This document shows positions 33,864 through 46,002 of a DNA stretch of 64,000 nt, piece by piece. The stretch is from Chloropicon primus (lineage: Eukaryota), in contig CP060760.1 of the NCBI GenBank assembly GCA_023205875.1, positions 310,001 to 374,000 on the forward strand, given 5' to 3'. A program made the position numbers and the translations under genes. Positions within the stretch are counted from its first letter, which is position 1. Each line of letters begins with the position of its first letter. Below the pieces are notes generated by a model that was not told the DNA's origin, did no database searches, and was given only the letters and a program-made list of their open reading frames with translations.

Positions 33864-35393
33864 ATGAAGGCCTTGCCCCTTTTGTGCGCCCTCCTCGTGG
33901 CGTCTTCCGCAACCATCGCCACGGCGCAGCAGCAACCGCAGCAGCAGCAGCCGAGGGTGTCTTACAATGGTAATGGCGGCAATGGCGGTGGCACGGGACC
34001 CCCGCGACAAAGGCCGAGGGGCACGAGACCCCCAGATCCCGAGCCTGAGCCCAGCAACTTGTTCGACAACCTTTGGAACATCGCGCAGAAGACCGTCTCG
34101 GCCGTGAGCGACGCTGCCGTGGAGGCCGATCCGGAGAACGCGGAGGCCGCGAACGCGTGGAACGTGGTGATGAACACGGCTGGGAGCGTCGGGAGCACGA
34201 TCGTGGGCTCCGACCCGGGCAATGCGGAGAACAAGGGCACCGTCGAGGGCGCCAAGGGTTTCGTGGACAACCTCGGCAGCATGAGCGGGGACGAGTGGAA
34301 GGACTTGGTGGACTCCACCATCACCGACTTGACCTCCGACAAGTTCGTGCAGCAGAAGGCCGCGGACACCCTAAGCGGCCTGCTCGGCGCCCCCCCGTCC
34401 GACGCCCAGCAGCTGGACTTGGGATCCGGGGGCTACTACGATTACTACGACGACGACGGTTACTACTACGACGGCGACGGTTACTACGGCGACAGCGGCC
34501 TCGAAGTGATCCGTGGAACGCGGGAGGACCCCCGAGTCTGCGAGGTCGAGTACAACGCGAACTACGAGGGCGAGCTGCTGAGCGAGGGCAAGGTGCCTTT
34601 CGCCGAGTCCGAGGGCGAGTGCTGCAGCCTATGCAGGAGCACCGCGGGCTGCAACACCTGGGTGTACTGCGGGGAGAAGACCGGTTGCGGCGCCCCCTAC
34701 TACGAGTACGGCCAGTGCTACCTGAAGAAGCAGGATTATCCGGAGAACAGGAAGGCGTACGAGAGGGGGGACGGGGTGTACTGGACCTCCGGAATCGTCA
34801 GGGAGTCTGGGTACCAGATCACGAAGAAGTCCTACTCGGACGGGGCGGGCGGGGAGATGGGCAGAGAAGTCCTGCACGTCAGCGGGGTGCCCGCGACTTG
34901 GAGGTTCGATAACCAAGTCGTCGAGGCCGACAGCCCGATGACCCCGAGGGTGGTGCAGTGCGGGTCCTTCAACGTGCTCCCGGGCGTCGCGTCTTACAAC
35001 AAGGATTTCAACATGAGGATCGAGGCCCCCGCGGTGACCCGCATGAGGCGAGTCCTGCTCGTCTGGAGCGATGCGACCGGGAGCGTGACACTCCCGAGCG
35101 GGTTCAAGGGGAGTCCCTGCGGGCAGCTGCCCCTGGGTCTGGGAGCCCCGAAGGGCTCCCTCATGGCCACGGCAGACAGGGAGGGGTCCGCGGACTTTAT
35201 CCTGGACGGAATCAACAAGAGCTCGGGCACGTGCCACAAGTTCCTCTACCAGTACGTCGACCTGGCCACGTGCAAGGTCTCGGCATTGCTCGACTCGAGG
35301 TCGAAGGCCCCCTCCTCAAGAGGCAGGAGATCTCAAGGCACCGGCGGGGGCGGTCTGCAGAGCAGGTCGCTGTCCACCCCGGCCCAGGGGTAG
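33864..35393 (+). CDS. Secreted PAN/apple-domain protein
   Basis: Signal peptide MKALPLLCALLVASSATIATA. PAN cysteine pattern CCSLCRSTAGCNTWVYC...CYLK...WTSG. Confidence 0.8.
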   Translation: MKALPLLCALLVASSATIATAQQQPQQQQPRVSYNGNGGNGGGTGPPRQRPRGTRPPDPEPEPSNLFDNLWNIAQKTVSAVSDAAVEADPENAEAANAWNVVMNTAGSVGSTIVGSDPGNAENKGTVEGAKGFVDNLGSMSGDEWKDLVDSTITDLTSDKFVQQKAADTLSGLLGAPPSDAQQLDLGSGGYYDYYDDDGYYYDGDGYYGDSGLEVIRGTREDPRVCEVEYNANYEGELLSEGKVPFAESEGECCSLCRSTAGCNTWVYCGEKTGCGAPYYEYGQCYLKKQDYPENRKAYERGDGVYWTSGIVRESGYQITKKSYSDGAGGEMGREVLHVSGVPATWRFDNQVVEADSPMTPRVVQCGSFNVLPGVASYNKDFNMRIEAPAVTRMRRVLLVWSDATGSVTLPSGFKGSPCGQLPLGLGAPKGSLMATADREGSADFILDGINKSSGTCHKFLYQYVDLATCKVSALLDSRSKAPSSRGRRSQGTGGGGLQSRSLSTPAQG

Positions 35394-35855
35394 GCCCCCG
35401 TTTCGCCCAACAACAGCAACAAATCCAACATCCTTCCTAGCAAGTCTTTATTTCACAACTGTAATCCAACACCAGCCTTTCTTTACCGCTCCCTCAATGT
35501 CTCCCACACGCCCGCTCACCCTCCCATGTGGCCCTCACCTTGGACTCCTCCTCCTCCTCCTCCTCATCGTACTCCTCCTCCTCCTCATCGTACTCCTCTC
35601 CTTTCCTGCAATGCAATCCATGGATGACGGGGTCGGCCTTGGGCCTTCCGCACAGGCATGTGCGAAACCGGGACACCCTCCCCTTGCATCAAATGGATCG
35701 ATGATCTCCCCCTCCCTCCCTCCTCCCTCCGTCAGGAAAACTCGGGCCAGACATTTCAGCTCCCCCTTTTCGAGCCGAGCCGTCAAAAAACCCCAGGGAG
35801 AGAGACCACTGCTCGAGCGCGACAAGGACGGACACAAAACGACGACCGGTACACC

Positions 35856-36360
35856 ATGCTTCAGGTGCGTCCGAGGGGGAAGACCCCGCATCCAACGGAA
35901 CGAGCCTTCCGTCGACGACGACGCAGGAGTCTCATGCCCCACGCACGGTGGTACTGACTCATTCCCTTTCGCATTCATTCTCTCTCTCTCTCTCTCTCTC
36001 TCCCTCTCTCTCACTTGTTTGTGTATACCCAACAACTTCAGGCTCTTTTGAGGAACAACAAGGCTTACGTCGCGTTCATCTTCGCGGGCGCTCTCGTCGG
36101 CGAAAGACTCGTGCACAACACCAGCGGAGCGCTGTGGGAGATGAACAACCAGGGGGTGAGTTGGAGTCCTTCCCTTCAAACACTTCCTTCTTCGAGAGCC
36201 AGAGCTTGGAGGTGGCGGAGGCTTGTTTGAGTTGAATCGCGCAATCGTTGCTGACTTTCGTTGTCTGTCTTCCGTTCCGTTCGATTCCCCTTGGCAGAAA
36301 CTCTACAAGCACTTGGAGGGCACCGTCATCGGAGGCCCAAAGGACGACGACGACGAGTGA
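35856..36360 (+). CDS. QCR9: Cytochrome bc1 complex subunit 9 (QCR9/UQCR10); join(35856..35864,36042..36155,36298..36360)
   Basis: Spliced product MLQALLRNNKAYVAFIFAGALVGERLVHNTSGALWEMNNQGKLYKHL... matches plant QCR9. The 9-nt first coding exon is inferred. Confidence 0.85.
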
Positions 36361-36569
36361 AGGTGTCTGCCTGCCTGTCTGTCGTGAAGATGTGGGCGGG
36401 GCAGGGTGAGGTGCGAGGAAATTGAGGTGCGAGGAGGCCTTTTGCCTCTCCTCAAGGACCGGTGCACGCGAAAAATAGTATCCCCCCCCATATTTTAACA
36501 GTGTACTATTTTATTAGAAACCCTTTTTTAAACTGTTGACCCCCTCTCCCTCCTGTCTCTCTCAACTAT

Positions 36570-38294
36570 TTATACACTCTCCTGGTGGCTCTCCTCCGCC
36601 GCGTCCTTCTTCTTCTGCTGCCAGGCCTCTGGCCGAGAGGCCGTCTTCAGAATGGGGGGCATAGGCTTCTTCGTTCGGACGTGGATCTCAGGGACGCCAT
36701 GATCGATGATCTGGGTGATGACTTTGACGAGGTCCTGGCCAGACTCTTCGGAAACCATCAGAATCGCGTGCAGGAACTCCTCAAAGTTGAGGTTCCTCGA
36801 GTAGATTTCCTTGACCGCCGCGAAGAAGATGTCGGCTTCCGCCAGAGGCAGGTCGGAGATGATGCCGCACTCCCTGCACAGCTTGGCAAAGTTGTTCCCT
36901 TCCATCGTGTTCGAGTGCTGGGTTCTCTCCTCGCCGTGGCCCATGCCGAAGGAGCAGTAGGTGAAGTAAACCGCCTTGAGAAGCTTTGCGGACAGCGTGT
37001 TCAGCTTGGGGACGTTCAGGTCGATCCTCCTCCCGAAATGCTTGGTCTTTTTGTGCCTTGGCAAGAGGTCTTTGTAGAACTCCCCGAGCTTCATGCTCGA
37101 GGAAGAGTCTCCCTCCTCCGGCAGCGCGAGGGGCACCGGAGCGGGCAGCTTCATGGGCCTCTTGTCCGAATCATTCTTGAGCATGAAAAGGAGCTCCTTG
37201 AGCCCCGCGAGCGAGATGAGGCCGTCCCCATCAGCGTCAATTCTCTGGAACAACGATTCTAACGTCTTCTCGTCCAAATCGGTGTCAAACGTCGTCTTCT
37301 TCTTCCTCGAAGGCTTTTCCTTCTCCAGGTTCACCCCGGCGTTCTTGATGCACTCGGTCACCACGTTGATGTCCTGCAGAACCAGCTTCCAGCCCTTGGT
37401 CTTCTCCCGGTCGCTCTTGTCCGACGTGCTCAGTGCTCTCATTGCCTCGTCCACCTTCCTTGAGAGGGCCCTCACGAGGAGCAGACTCTTGCGCAGGATG
37501 TACTGCTGCCACTTTTCTATGTTCTTGATCTCGAACTTCTTCACCAGGAGCTTGTCCTGCAGATCGAGCTTGTCCTCCAGCTGCAAGGACATCGTGATCA
37601 TGTCTTGCTCCAGGTCGCTGACTTGCTGCTCTAACATCTTTTGCTTGTATTCCGCTTTGAGACACCTCTCCTTCCACTTGCCCTCGAGGAGGTTCCCGGA
37701 CGGCGTCGCCGCCCCTTCCCCGTGCAGGACCAACTGCTGCGACGACGCTTTCTTCACCGGGGAGGTGTAGTGGACCACCTTCCCTGCAGTGCTCGGGGAG
37801 GCCGAGGCCGAAAGGGTCTGACTCAAGTTCCTCCTCTCTGGAGTGCCGAACATAGCCGGACTGCCATAGAACCTCACCTTCTTCGCGCTCGTTCCCTGGT
37901 CCACTCCACCGAGCTTGAGCGTTCCTATGACAGGCGTCCCGGTGGACTGGAGCTTCAAGTGCTTGTCGTACGTCACTGTGTTGTCCATGGCGTGCTTACC
38001 CTCCGATATGGGAGGCCTTGACTCCCGAACATCCTCCTCTCTCCTCGCCAGTACTTGCTTGGGTGTCTTTATCAAGGTGCCTGGCTCTTCCGGGTAAACC
38101 ATGTTCGACATGGTCGTCTCCGCCGTCTGAAGGTCCTTGTACGTCTGCAGGTGAAGCTGCCTCGCTCGATCGAGCTCCTTGGAAAGCATGTCGATGTCTT
38201 CCTTGAGCCTCTGCTTCTCGCTCCTTTCCGAATTAAGGATTTCCACCAGTGCTGACCACAGAGGGCCGCTCTCGTCAGGAACCTGGACGCTCAT
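36570..38294 (-). CDS. Coiled-coil protein with EF-hand and C-terminal p25alpha (TPPP-like) domain
   Basis: EF-hand FQRIDADGDGLISLAGL. p25alpha-like YCSFG...MEGNNFAKLCRECGII...ADIFFAAVK...LNFEEFLHAI. Confidence 0.75.
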   Translation of the reverse strand: MSVQVPDESGPLWSALVEILNSERSEKQRLKEDIDMLSKELDRARQLHLQTYKDLQTAETTMSNMVYPEEPGTLIKTPKQVLARREEDVRESRPPISEGKHAMDNTVTYDKHLKLQSTGTPVIGTLKLGGVDQGTSAKKVRFYGSPAMFGTPERRNLSQTLSASASPSTAGKVVHYTSPVKKASSQQLVLHGEGAATPSGNLLEGKWKERCLKAEYKQKMLEQQVSDLEQDMITMSLQLEDKLDLQDKLLVKKFEIKNIEKWQQYILRKSLLLVRALSRKVDEAMRALSTSDKSDREKTKGWKLVLQDINVVTECIKNAGVNLEKEKPSRKKKTTFDTDLDEKTLESLFQRIDADGDGLISLAGLKELLFMLKNDSDKRPMKLPAPVPLALPEEGDSSSSMKLGEFYKDLLPRHKKTKHFGRRIDLNVPKLNTLSAKLLKAVYFTYCSFGMGHGEERTQHSNTMEGNNFAKLCRECGIISDLPLAEADIFFAAVKEIYSRNLNFEEFLHAILMVSEESGQDLVKVITQIIDHGVPEIHVRTKKPMPPILKTASRPEAWQQKKKDAAEESHQESV

Positions 38295-39340
38295 GCTGCC
38301 ACAAGCTTGACCCGACAAGGGAGAAAGGCAATGTGGTTTGTCCTTCACGTCACGTAGCGCAGGGGTTCCACCAAAGGCGAGGTCTTGGTCCTTGGTCCTT
38401 GGTCCTCTTGGTCAGCAGCAAAGTCTGCAATGCTTCGCTGTCCAACGAGTCAATTACCAAATTTGGAATGACGAGAGGGCGAGCAGAAACTTTGACATGG
38501 CGAACATGACAAGGGGCGAGGTGGACGAAGGGGGAGAGGACGAGGAAGGGGATTGGGCTTGCTTTCAAGAATTCTTTCTTTCCTTCCAGCTGGGCTGATC
38601 TCTCCGTCGCTTTCCCTCGTCATGATGGAGGAGGAGGTGGGCTTCAAGCTTGACTCAAGCTGCCTGAGTGGCTGGAAGGGGGACTCTTTCCCGTCCCTTT
38701 TCCCTCGGCATCGAGGAGGAGAAGAGCGAGAGGAGGAGAGCGGGAAGTGGGCGATGGCGATGATCGAGAGAGGGTGGCAAACGTCGTTTCTCATTCTTCC
38801 CCTTCCCTCTTCATCGAGGAGGAGGAGGGGCTGACGAAGCCTCAGAGAAGGAGAAGAACACTTTCCTTTCTTGGCCTTGGCATCGAGGGGGAGGGGCCCG
38901 AAGGCAATGTCGATGTGTCAGGCAGGGAGAACGCCGATGACGCAAGGTTGCCTTACCCATCATGGGCACCTTTGGAGCCCTCCTCTTCGACCTCGCCTTG
39001 GACAATTAACGTCATCCCGTTTCCAACCAACGGTACTCTCTAAAGATCATAAACGACAGATAGACTAAAACGACGAGGAGACTGAGAGAGGGAGATCAAG
39101 ACCATCTCGGGAGCGGCAAGAAGGGACGCAAGGCAGTCTCGGGAGGGTCACTCGTGCTGGACGAAGGCTTCATCGCAAGGGCTTCCGTTTGATCCCTCTC
39201 CTGTGGCTTTCGACGCCAGGAGTGAAAAGTTGTGCCAAGTTTTGAGGTGGAGGGGAAGGAAGGGACTTTCTCTAAGGATTGGGAATGACTTGAGGGAGGG
39301 GACAGAAAGAGGAAGCGAGAGAAAGGTAGAGCGGTTCAGG

Positions 39341-41577
39341 ATGAGGACTGTCGCGGCAGTGGACTCCATGTCCAAGATCAACGCTCAGATGCAGCTCTCC
39401 AAGTTGCAGGTCGAGGTGGAGAACACCAAGATAACTTTGAAGTCCGTCCAAAGGAACTACGAGAGCTTGTCGTCAAGCTTCCAGAAGAAAGAGAGGGAGT
39501 GCCAAAAGGTAAGACCGCGTCACGGGTTCTCTATCATCGCGAGGACACAGGGAACTAAACTCGAAGGTCTTCCATCTTCATCTTCTTCTTCTTCTTCTTC
39601 TTCATCATCCCTGCGTGAATAAAGCTTGAGGCACTCCTGTCGAGTGAGAGGGAAGTCATCCAAACGCTGCTGCAGCAGCTCGAAGAAAGCAATGGCCGGG
39701 CGGTGTCCGAAGCCCAGTCCGCGAAGGAGGACACCAAAACCAAAGAGGAGCTCGAGCACAAGTCCAAGGAGCTCGAGAAGGCCAAGGGCGAGATCAAAAG
39801 GCTGCAGAAGGACAAGGCCAAGTTCGACGCGGAGGGCAAGTCCTTGCGAAAGAAGATGCTTGAGGCCGAGTCAAAGTACCACGTCGTGGCGAGGAACTTG
39901 AAGGCGTCCGTTGAGGACAACAAGCTCCTTCAGGAGAACATCGACAAGGTGCTGCAAGAAGCGGAGTCCTGGCACAAGAAGTACAAGGAGGCTTCGGCTG
40001 TCGTGGATAAGCTCGAATCGGAGAAGGAGAACCTCAAAGGTTCTCTGGACGAGTCACTGAAAGGGGCGAACAAGGGCATGGAGGGCAAGGACAAGGAGAT
40101 CGCCGACCTGAAGAAGGATGTTCTGAACTTGAACCACCAGCTCCATGACTTGGGGGAAAGCAACAGGGTTTCTGACGCCCGGTACAAGTCCTGCAAGATC
40201 CAGATGGACTCCATGGAGCTGGAGCTGAAAGCGAAGGTGGGCAGCCTGAACGAGCTCCAAGATGAGCTGGACAGCGTGACCGCGGAGCGGGACAGCAAGC
40301 AGAAGGCCTTGGACTACGAGAAGGGCATCGCCTTAGAAAACAAATTCAAAATGGAGCAGCTCGCCGCGCAGCTCGAGGGAGAGAAGTCAGCCATGGCGGA
40401 GCTGCTCGCGAAGAAGACGAGAGAGGACTCGGATCTTGACGTCTTGTCCAAGCGTGTCGCGGAGTTGCAGCAGCTGATAGACGACAACGCGAAGAGGGAG
40501 GCGCGGAGCCTTGGCTTGCACACCGAGCAGATCAAGGGCAAAGACGAGGAAATCTCGAAAGGGCTTGCAGCCCAGCGCAAGCTCAGGGGTGAGATGACCG
40601 AGTGCAGAAAGGAGCACCAGGATCAGCTCAAGGCTTGGCTGGGGGAGTTCGAGCGAATGTCTTCGCACGTCCACGGCCTCCAGGCGCGCATCGATGTGCT
40701 GGCGGGCGAAAGCGAGGACGCCAAGGGGTTGTCCATCGTACAAAAGTTCCATGAGATTAGCGACGAGTGCCTTGAACGGGAGTGCGACATCTCCGCGCTC
40801 GTGGAGAACATGGAGTCCTACTTCAGCAAGATGCAGCAGTGGTCTGAAAGCGCCTGCATGAAGATCGAGAACGCCGAGATTTTGCGCAGCAACGAGTCTG
40901 AGGAGAGCAACCAGAGGGACGAGGTGATCCGAAACCTGGAGGAGATGATCGCAAAGATCCAGAAGGAGAGGGAGGATGGGGAGGCCTCCGCCAGAGAGAA
41001 GGTGGACAAGCTCGCGGCAGAAGTGGAAACGCTGAAGGACAAGCTGGACTCCACGCTGTCGCAGCAGCACAAAGCGGTGAACGTGATGAACGAGATGATG
41101 GAGGCCGAGCGCTTTGCGTCCAAGGACAGGATATCTTCCCTGCAGAAGGCCATGGAGGAGATGGAGAGGCAGTTCAACGCCGAGAAAATGGCGAGCAGCG
41201 CCATGCTTGAGAAGACGGTTGGCAACCTCAAAAGCCTTCACAGCGAGGCGGTCAAGAAGTCTTCCAAGCTGCAGTCAGACCTGGACGAGGCGAGCTACAA
41301 GTTCCTTGATCTCAGCAACCAGAACGGAAGGATCTCCAAGCAGATCGAGAACATCAGCGAGGATCTGGGCAAGTACAGCGAGCACCTGCTGGAGCTAAAC
41401 CTGGTCGCGAAGGAGGACGTCGAGGACCTCGGCAATTCTCTCTCCGCACCGACGGGCTCGCCCATGAATCTCGTGAGCCAAGTCTTCGCCCTCCGCACGA
41501 AGTTCTTGAAGGTGACCCAGCTGAACCAGGACGTGGCGTCCAAGTACAAGGCCTTGCAGATGGCTGCGAGCGCGTGA
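39341..41577 (+). CDS. Long coiled-coil hypothetical protein; join(39341..39508,39625..41577)
   Basis: Heptad-rich E/K/L sequence. A phase-0 GTAAGA...AAAG intron joins the two ORFs in frame. Confidence 0.75.
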
Positions 41578-41808
41578 CGATGGCGCGCAACGTACTTAAC
41601 TTTGTGCTTGCCGTCGCGGTTTGCGAGGAGGATTTCGTTTATTGTAAAAAAAAAAGCCGGGTTAGGCGTGGGCGTGGGCGTGTGCAAAAAAGGTAAAAGT
41701 TACAACAATCGTCGCGCGAGCGCATTCACGCAAGTGTTAATAATATATCTGTCTCTATGTGATCTTGCTTCCTGGACTATCTCTCTTTTCTCCCTATATA
41801 CGTGTGCT

Positions 41809-42432
41809 CTATCTCCTCCCAGGTAATCTACAGTAGTCCTCGCCCTCGTCCCCGCAAAGCGCCGGCTTGCTGCCCTTGCCGAACGACGGCATCGTCGTCC
41901 CCCACCTCTTCTCCACGGCCTGGCAGTCGAACCGAGGGTTTCCCACGCTCTGGTTCACGACGTTGTGCACCTGGCACAGCCAAGTCCGAAGCTCCGAGCC
42001 GCTCGAGACCCTCGGTGGGAAATCGCGCAACACCTCCCCCCAGTGCTTGGCGCACGAGTGGCACGGGTAGACGTGCTCCAAGGACCGGATCAAGCTCGCC
42101 GCCGCCCTCCGCTGCCGCCTCGTCGGGTACTCGGGGAACTGGGCCCCCATGGTGTGCAGCAAAGTCCACGTCGCTTGCCCGAGCTCCTCCCTCGTCACCG
42201 GCACGCTCAAACCCAAGCTCGAAGCCGAGGAGGCCGTCGCCACCTGCCTCCTGTCGAGGGCCGACACTGCGGCCACCGCCCTCGACGCGAATATCTTCCT
42301 CTCCCTCACCGCCGCGGTGAGCCCCCCGAGGACGAGGCCCGCTCCCACTCCCGCAACGATCTTTCTCCGGTACACCTGCTCCGGCACACCCCACAGCCTC
42401 GCCGTCGTCGTCGTTCGAGGCGGCGGCGCCAT
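41809..42432 (-). CDS. ERV1: Erv1/ALR-family FAD-linked sulfhydryl oxidase
   Basis: TREELGQATWTLLH, YPCHSC, WLCQVHNVVN...FDC and a C-terminal cysteine pair. Confidence 0.9.
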   Translation of the reverse strand: MAPPPRTTTTARLWGVPEQVYRRKIVAGVGAGLVLGGLTAAVRERKIFASRAVAAVSALDRRQVATASSASSLGLSVPVTREELGQATWTLLHTMGAQFPEYPTRRQRRAAASLIRSLEHVYPCHSCAKHWGEVLRDFPPRVSSGSELRTWLCQVHNVVNQSVGNPRFDCQAVEKRWGTTMPSFGKGSKPALCGDEGEDYCRLPGRR

Positions 42433-42964
42433 GACGACGACACGACGCGAAACGACGACGGAAAGACGCGACGCGCCCTCGAACCAAACACGCGCGGCCG
42501 TCCTCCGACCCCCGACGCTCCTCCCTCTCCCTCTGGTCTCTGTGCCCCTCACCCAATGGCCTGGGGGCCAAAAATCCTCACCACGTCACCGTTGTCTTCG
42601 ACCAAGGGGTCGACAGAAAGCGCGTGAGACGAGAGAGACGATCGATCGATTTGGACCCCCTCAAAAAAAGTCCTCGACCCCTAGTGTCTCCTCCTTCCCC
42701 GTCCCGCAACCCAAACACACGGTCCCGGTCCTCCGCCGACGACGACCAAGATATGCTTGAAGATATTGTAGATCTTCTCGGCGCCGTGTCCAAGATGTCC
42801 GATATGAGTGTAAAGTGAAAGGAAAAACGTGGGGCTGTCGTTTGTCGTTTCAGGATCAGATTTCACTGGAGCGAGCGGAGGAGGAGCGGAGGAGGAGAGA
42901 CCAGTGAGGGGTTGCTGCTGCGACGAATTAGTGGAGCGAACATAGGAATTGGGTGAGACCTGAG

Positions 42965-44143
42965 ATGATTGGAGCGAAGAGTGTGAGCGCTGGGCGCAAA
43001 GTTGTTGCGTCGACGGGTGCGACGGCGGCGACGACGACGACTTGCAGGAGGTCGGGTGCCTCGAGGTCTTCCCAGAAGAAGGCGTTGTTGGGATCTGTCA
43101 AGTGTGGGTTCAAGGGGGTTGAGGTCTCGAAGGCGAGCAGGGGTGCTGCGAGGAGGGCGATGAGGGCGCAAGCCGCGAGGGCGGAGGTCGGGGACACCCT
43201 CGAGGAGTTCCTGGAGAAGAGCACCGACGACAAGAAGCTCAGGACTTTGATGCTCAGCATGGGGGAGGCCATCAGGACGATTGCGTTCAAGGTTCGCACG
43301 GCAAGCTGCGGCGCCACCGCTTGCGTGAACTCCTTCGGGGACGAGCAGCTCGCCGTGGACTTGCTCGCGGACAAGATCTTGTTCGAGACCCTCAAGTTCT
43401 CCGGGTGCTGCGAGCTCGCTTGCAGCGAGGAGGTTCCGGAGCCGCTCCAGATGGGCGGCGAGGGCTTCTCCGTCGCCTTCGACCCCCTCGACGGCTCCTC
43501 GATCGTCGACACCAACTTCTCCGTGGGGACGATCTTCGGAGTCTGGCCGGGCGGAGAGCTGACGAACGTCACCGGGAGGGACCAGGCCGCGGCCGCCATG
43601 GGGGTCTACGGCCCAAGGACCGTGTACTGCCTCGCCCTCAAGGACGCCCCTGGCTGCCACGAGTTCCTCCTCCAGGACGACGGAAAGTTCGTCCTGGTGA
43701 AGACGACGACCCAGATCAAGGAGGGCAAGATGTTCTCCCCAGGAAACTTGAGGGCCACCGCCGACAACCCGGAGTACGCCAAGCTCGTCAACTACTGGAT
43801 CGACAACCAGTACACCCTGAGGTACACCGGAGGCATGGTCCCAGACGTCTTCCAGATCATCGTCAAGGAGAAGGGAGTCTTCTCCAACGTCATCTCCCCG
43901 TCCACCAAGGCCAAGCTCAGGCTCTTGTTCGAGGTTGCCCCGCTCGCCCTGCTCGTAGAAAAGGCCGGCGGCGCCAGCAGTTGCGACGGAAAGTGCGTCT
44001 CCGGACTCGACGTCAACGTCGACGTGCACGACCAGAGGACCCAGATCTGCTACGGATCCGTCGGAGAGGTGAAGAGGTTCGAGGAGACCCTGTACGGCAA
44101 GTCCGAGCGATTCGCCGAGGTCACCGAGAACGTCACCGCTTGA
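42965..44143 (+). CDS. SBP: Plastid sedoheptulose-1,7-bisphosphatase
   Basis: Transit peptide, redox motif [49 protein letters not shown]. Confidence 0.97.
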   Translation: MIGAKSVSAGRKVVASTGATAATTTTCRRSGASRSSQKKALLGSVKCGFKGVEVSKASRGAARRAMRAQAARAEVGDTLEEFLEKSTDDKKLRTLMLSMGEAIRTIAFKVRTASCGATACVNSFGDEQLAVDLLADKILFETLKFSGCCELACSEEVPEPLQMGGEGFSVAFDPLDGSSIVDTNFSVGTIFGVWPGGELTNVTGRDQAAAAMGVYGPRTVYCLALKDAPGCHEFLLQDDGKFVLVKTTTQIKEGKMFSPGNLRATADNPEYAKLVNYWIDNQYTLRYTGGMVPDVFQIIVKEKGVFSNVISPSTKAKLRLLFEVAPLALLVEKAGGASSCDGKCVSGLDVNVDVHDQRTQICYGSVGEVKRFEETLYGKSERFAEVTENVTA

Positions 44144-44354
44144 ATTTGACCCAACGAAGCAAAATCACACACACACAAAAAAAGATCAACTTTAAGGGAG
44201 CGCCAGCAAACGAGGCGCGGCGTTTGCCACACTTGTAACCCCCCAAAACATTCCACGTTTGAACAAAGAATACCAAATTACATTTTTCAACGCTTTTTAG
44301 TGTCCAGGCCAACATAACTGCTGCTGCTTGACTCACTTGTCGGCCGCCCCCCCG

Positions 44355-46002
44355 CTAGTCCTTGATCGCCAGACCCACGTAGTCCATCGGCAGCGTGACG
44401 GTTGGAACGAAGGCCGCCAAGTACGCGACGGCATACACCGTTATCGCTATCGGCCTCAGCCGTGTGTTGTCATTGAAGATGCTGAAGAAAAGCGGGGACA
44501 TCGCGCCCGCGATGTGGTCAAAGATTTGGGCGTTGCCGAGTCCGCTCGCGCGCACCAACGTGGGGTACGCTTCGACCGAGGTGCAGTTCAAGAGAGAGAA
44601 GCAGCCCTCCATCGAGCCACGGAGCAAGATGCTCATCACGATGGCCAAGAATTCGTTCTTGAGGAAACCCATCGTGGTCAGCATGAACATGAAGACGGAT
44701 GCCCCCGCCGCGACGTAGTACGCGGCCAGAGAGTACTTCCTCGACCTTTCCACGACGAAATAAGCGATCGTGAGGCCTGGAATGAGGCCAAAGACGCCCC
44801 AAAGCAGGTCCAGCGCGATCCTCTTCTTCGAGACGGAAAAAGTCTCGTCGAAGATCTTCGGGAGGGCGAACACCATGCCCGAGGAGGAGAACTGCGTGAG
44901 AAACCACATGAGCCAAAGCCTCGGAGTGGTGGCTCTCAGGATGTCGCCCTTGAACAGCAGAGAAATTTTGCCATGCATGCTGGTGCTGCTTTCGCTTTCC
45001 CCCGAGCTTCCCTTCTTCCTGAGGGGCGCCAGCTTGCCCCGCGGCAGAGGGACCCCGTTTGTCTCCGCAACCTTCTCCAGTATGCTCTGCGCCTTGTCCA
45101 CCTCGCCGATCGCCAGGTGGTACCTCGGCGACTCCGGCACGTGCCTCCTCAGCACGGCCATGATGCCCACCGGGATCGAAACGATTCCGAGGACCCACCT
45201 CCACTTGATGTCCTCCTTTCCCGAGAAGGAGTACGCGACGATGGCGGATACGAACAGCGCGGGGATGACGCCCACGGCCCCCACCAGGACAATGTGCGAC
45301 CCCCTCTTCTTGGCGGGCAAGAACTCGAGGAATATCGTGTAGTCCACCGGAAGCATCCCCCCGATACCGAAAGCTGCCAAAAACCGGAGAGTAAACAGAA
45401 TGGGGTAGTTCGGCGAGAAGGCCGAGAGGAAACCCCCGATGAACGTCATCCACACCGTGAGGGAAAACGATATCAGTCTCCCGAACCTGTCCGAAATGTA
45501 TCCCCAGAACACCGCGCCTGCCGCCATCCCGATGAAAGAAGACGAGCCAAGCAAGCCGTACTCGACAGTCGAGAGCCCCATGTCCTGCAGCAGCAAGCAA
45601 GCGCGTGAGGGTGGAGTCAGTGGAACCAAAAGCGGAGGAGTCGCACACACACACACGCACACACACAAAACATCTCAAACCTTGTTGTTGCTGCACACGA
45701 ACCTTTTCTATTGCGGGCGCGACGAAGCCGACGATCACAAGCTCTGTTATCTCCGCAAAGTAACCGACGCCGCAAAGCATGAGAAGCTTCCAGTGGAACC
45801 GCCCAAAACCCATGTGCTCCACGGCGTGGTCGAAGGTGTACCTCCCATCCAAGCCCCACTCGTCAAGCTTGCTTTCCTCATCTTCATCGTCTTCCAGCAC
45901 ATACTTCTCGCTCGAGCTTCCGTTGGCCCCCGACAGCAACCGCACCGTGTCCCTCTGCACCTCCTCCTCGGGCTCCACCGCCTTGAGCTCCCCTCCACTC
46001 AT
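44355..46002 (-). CDS. MFS transporter, SV2/SVOP-like; complement(join(44355..45584,45703..46002))
   Basis: GFGRFHWKL, GYISDRFGR, EFLPAKKRG, PESPRY and EAYPTLVRASG motifs. Phase-0 intron with (TG)n tracts. Confidence 0.9.

Noticed and set aside
38400..39330. Short ORFs in the ~1 kb divergent intergenic region
   Set aside because: No motifs or consistent splice model. Treated as promoter/UTR.
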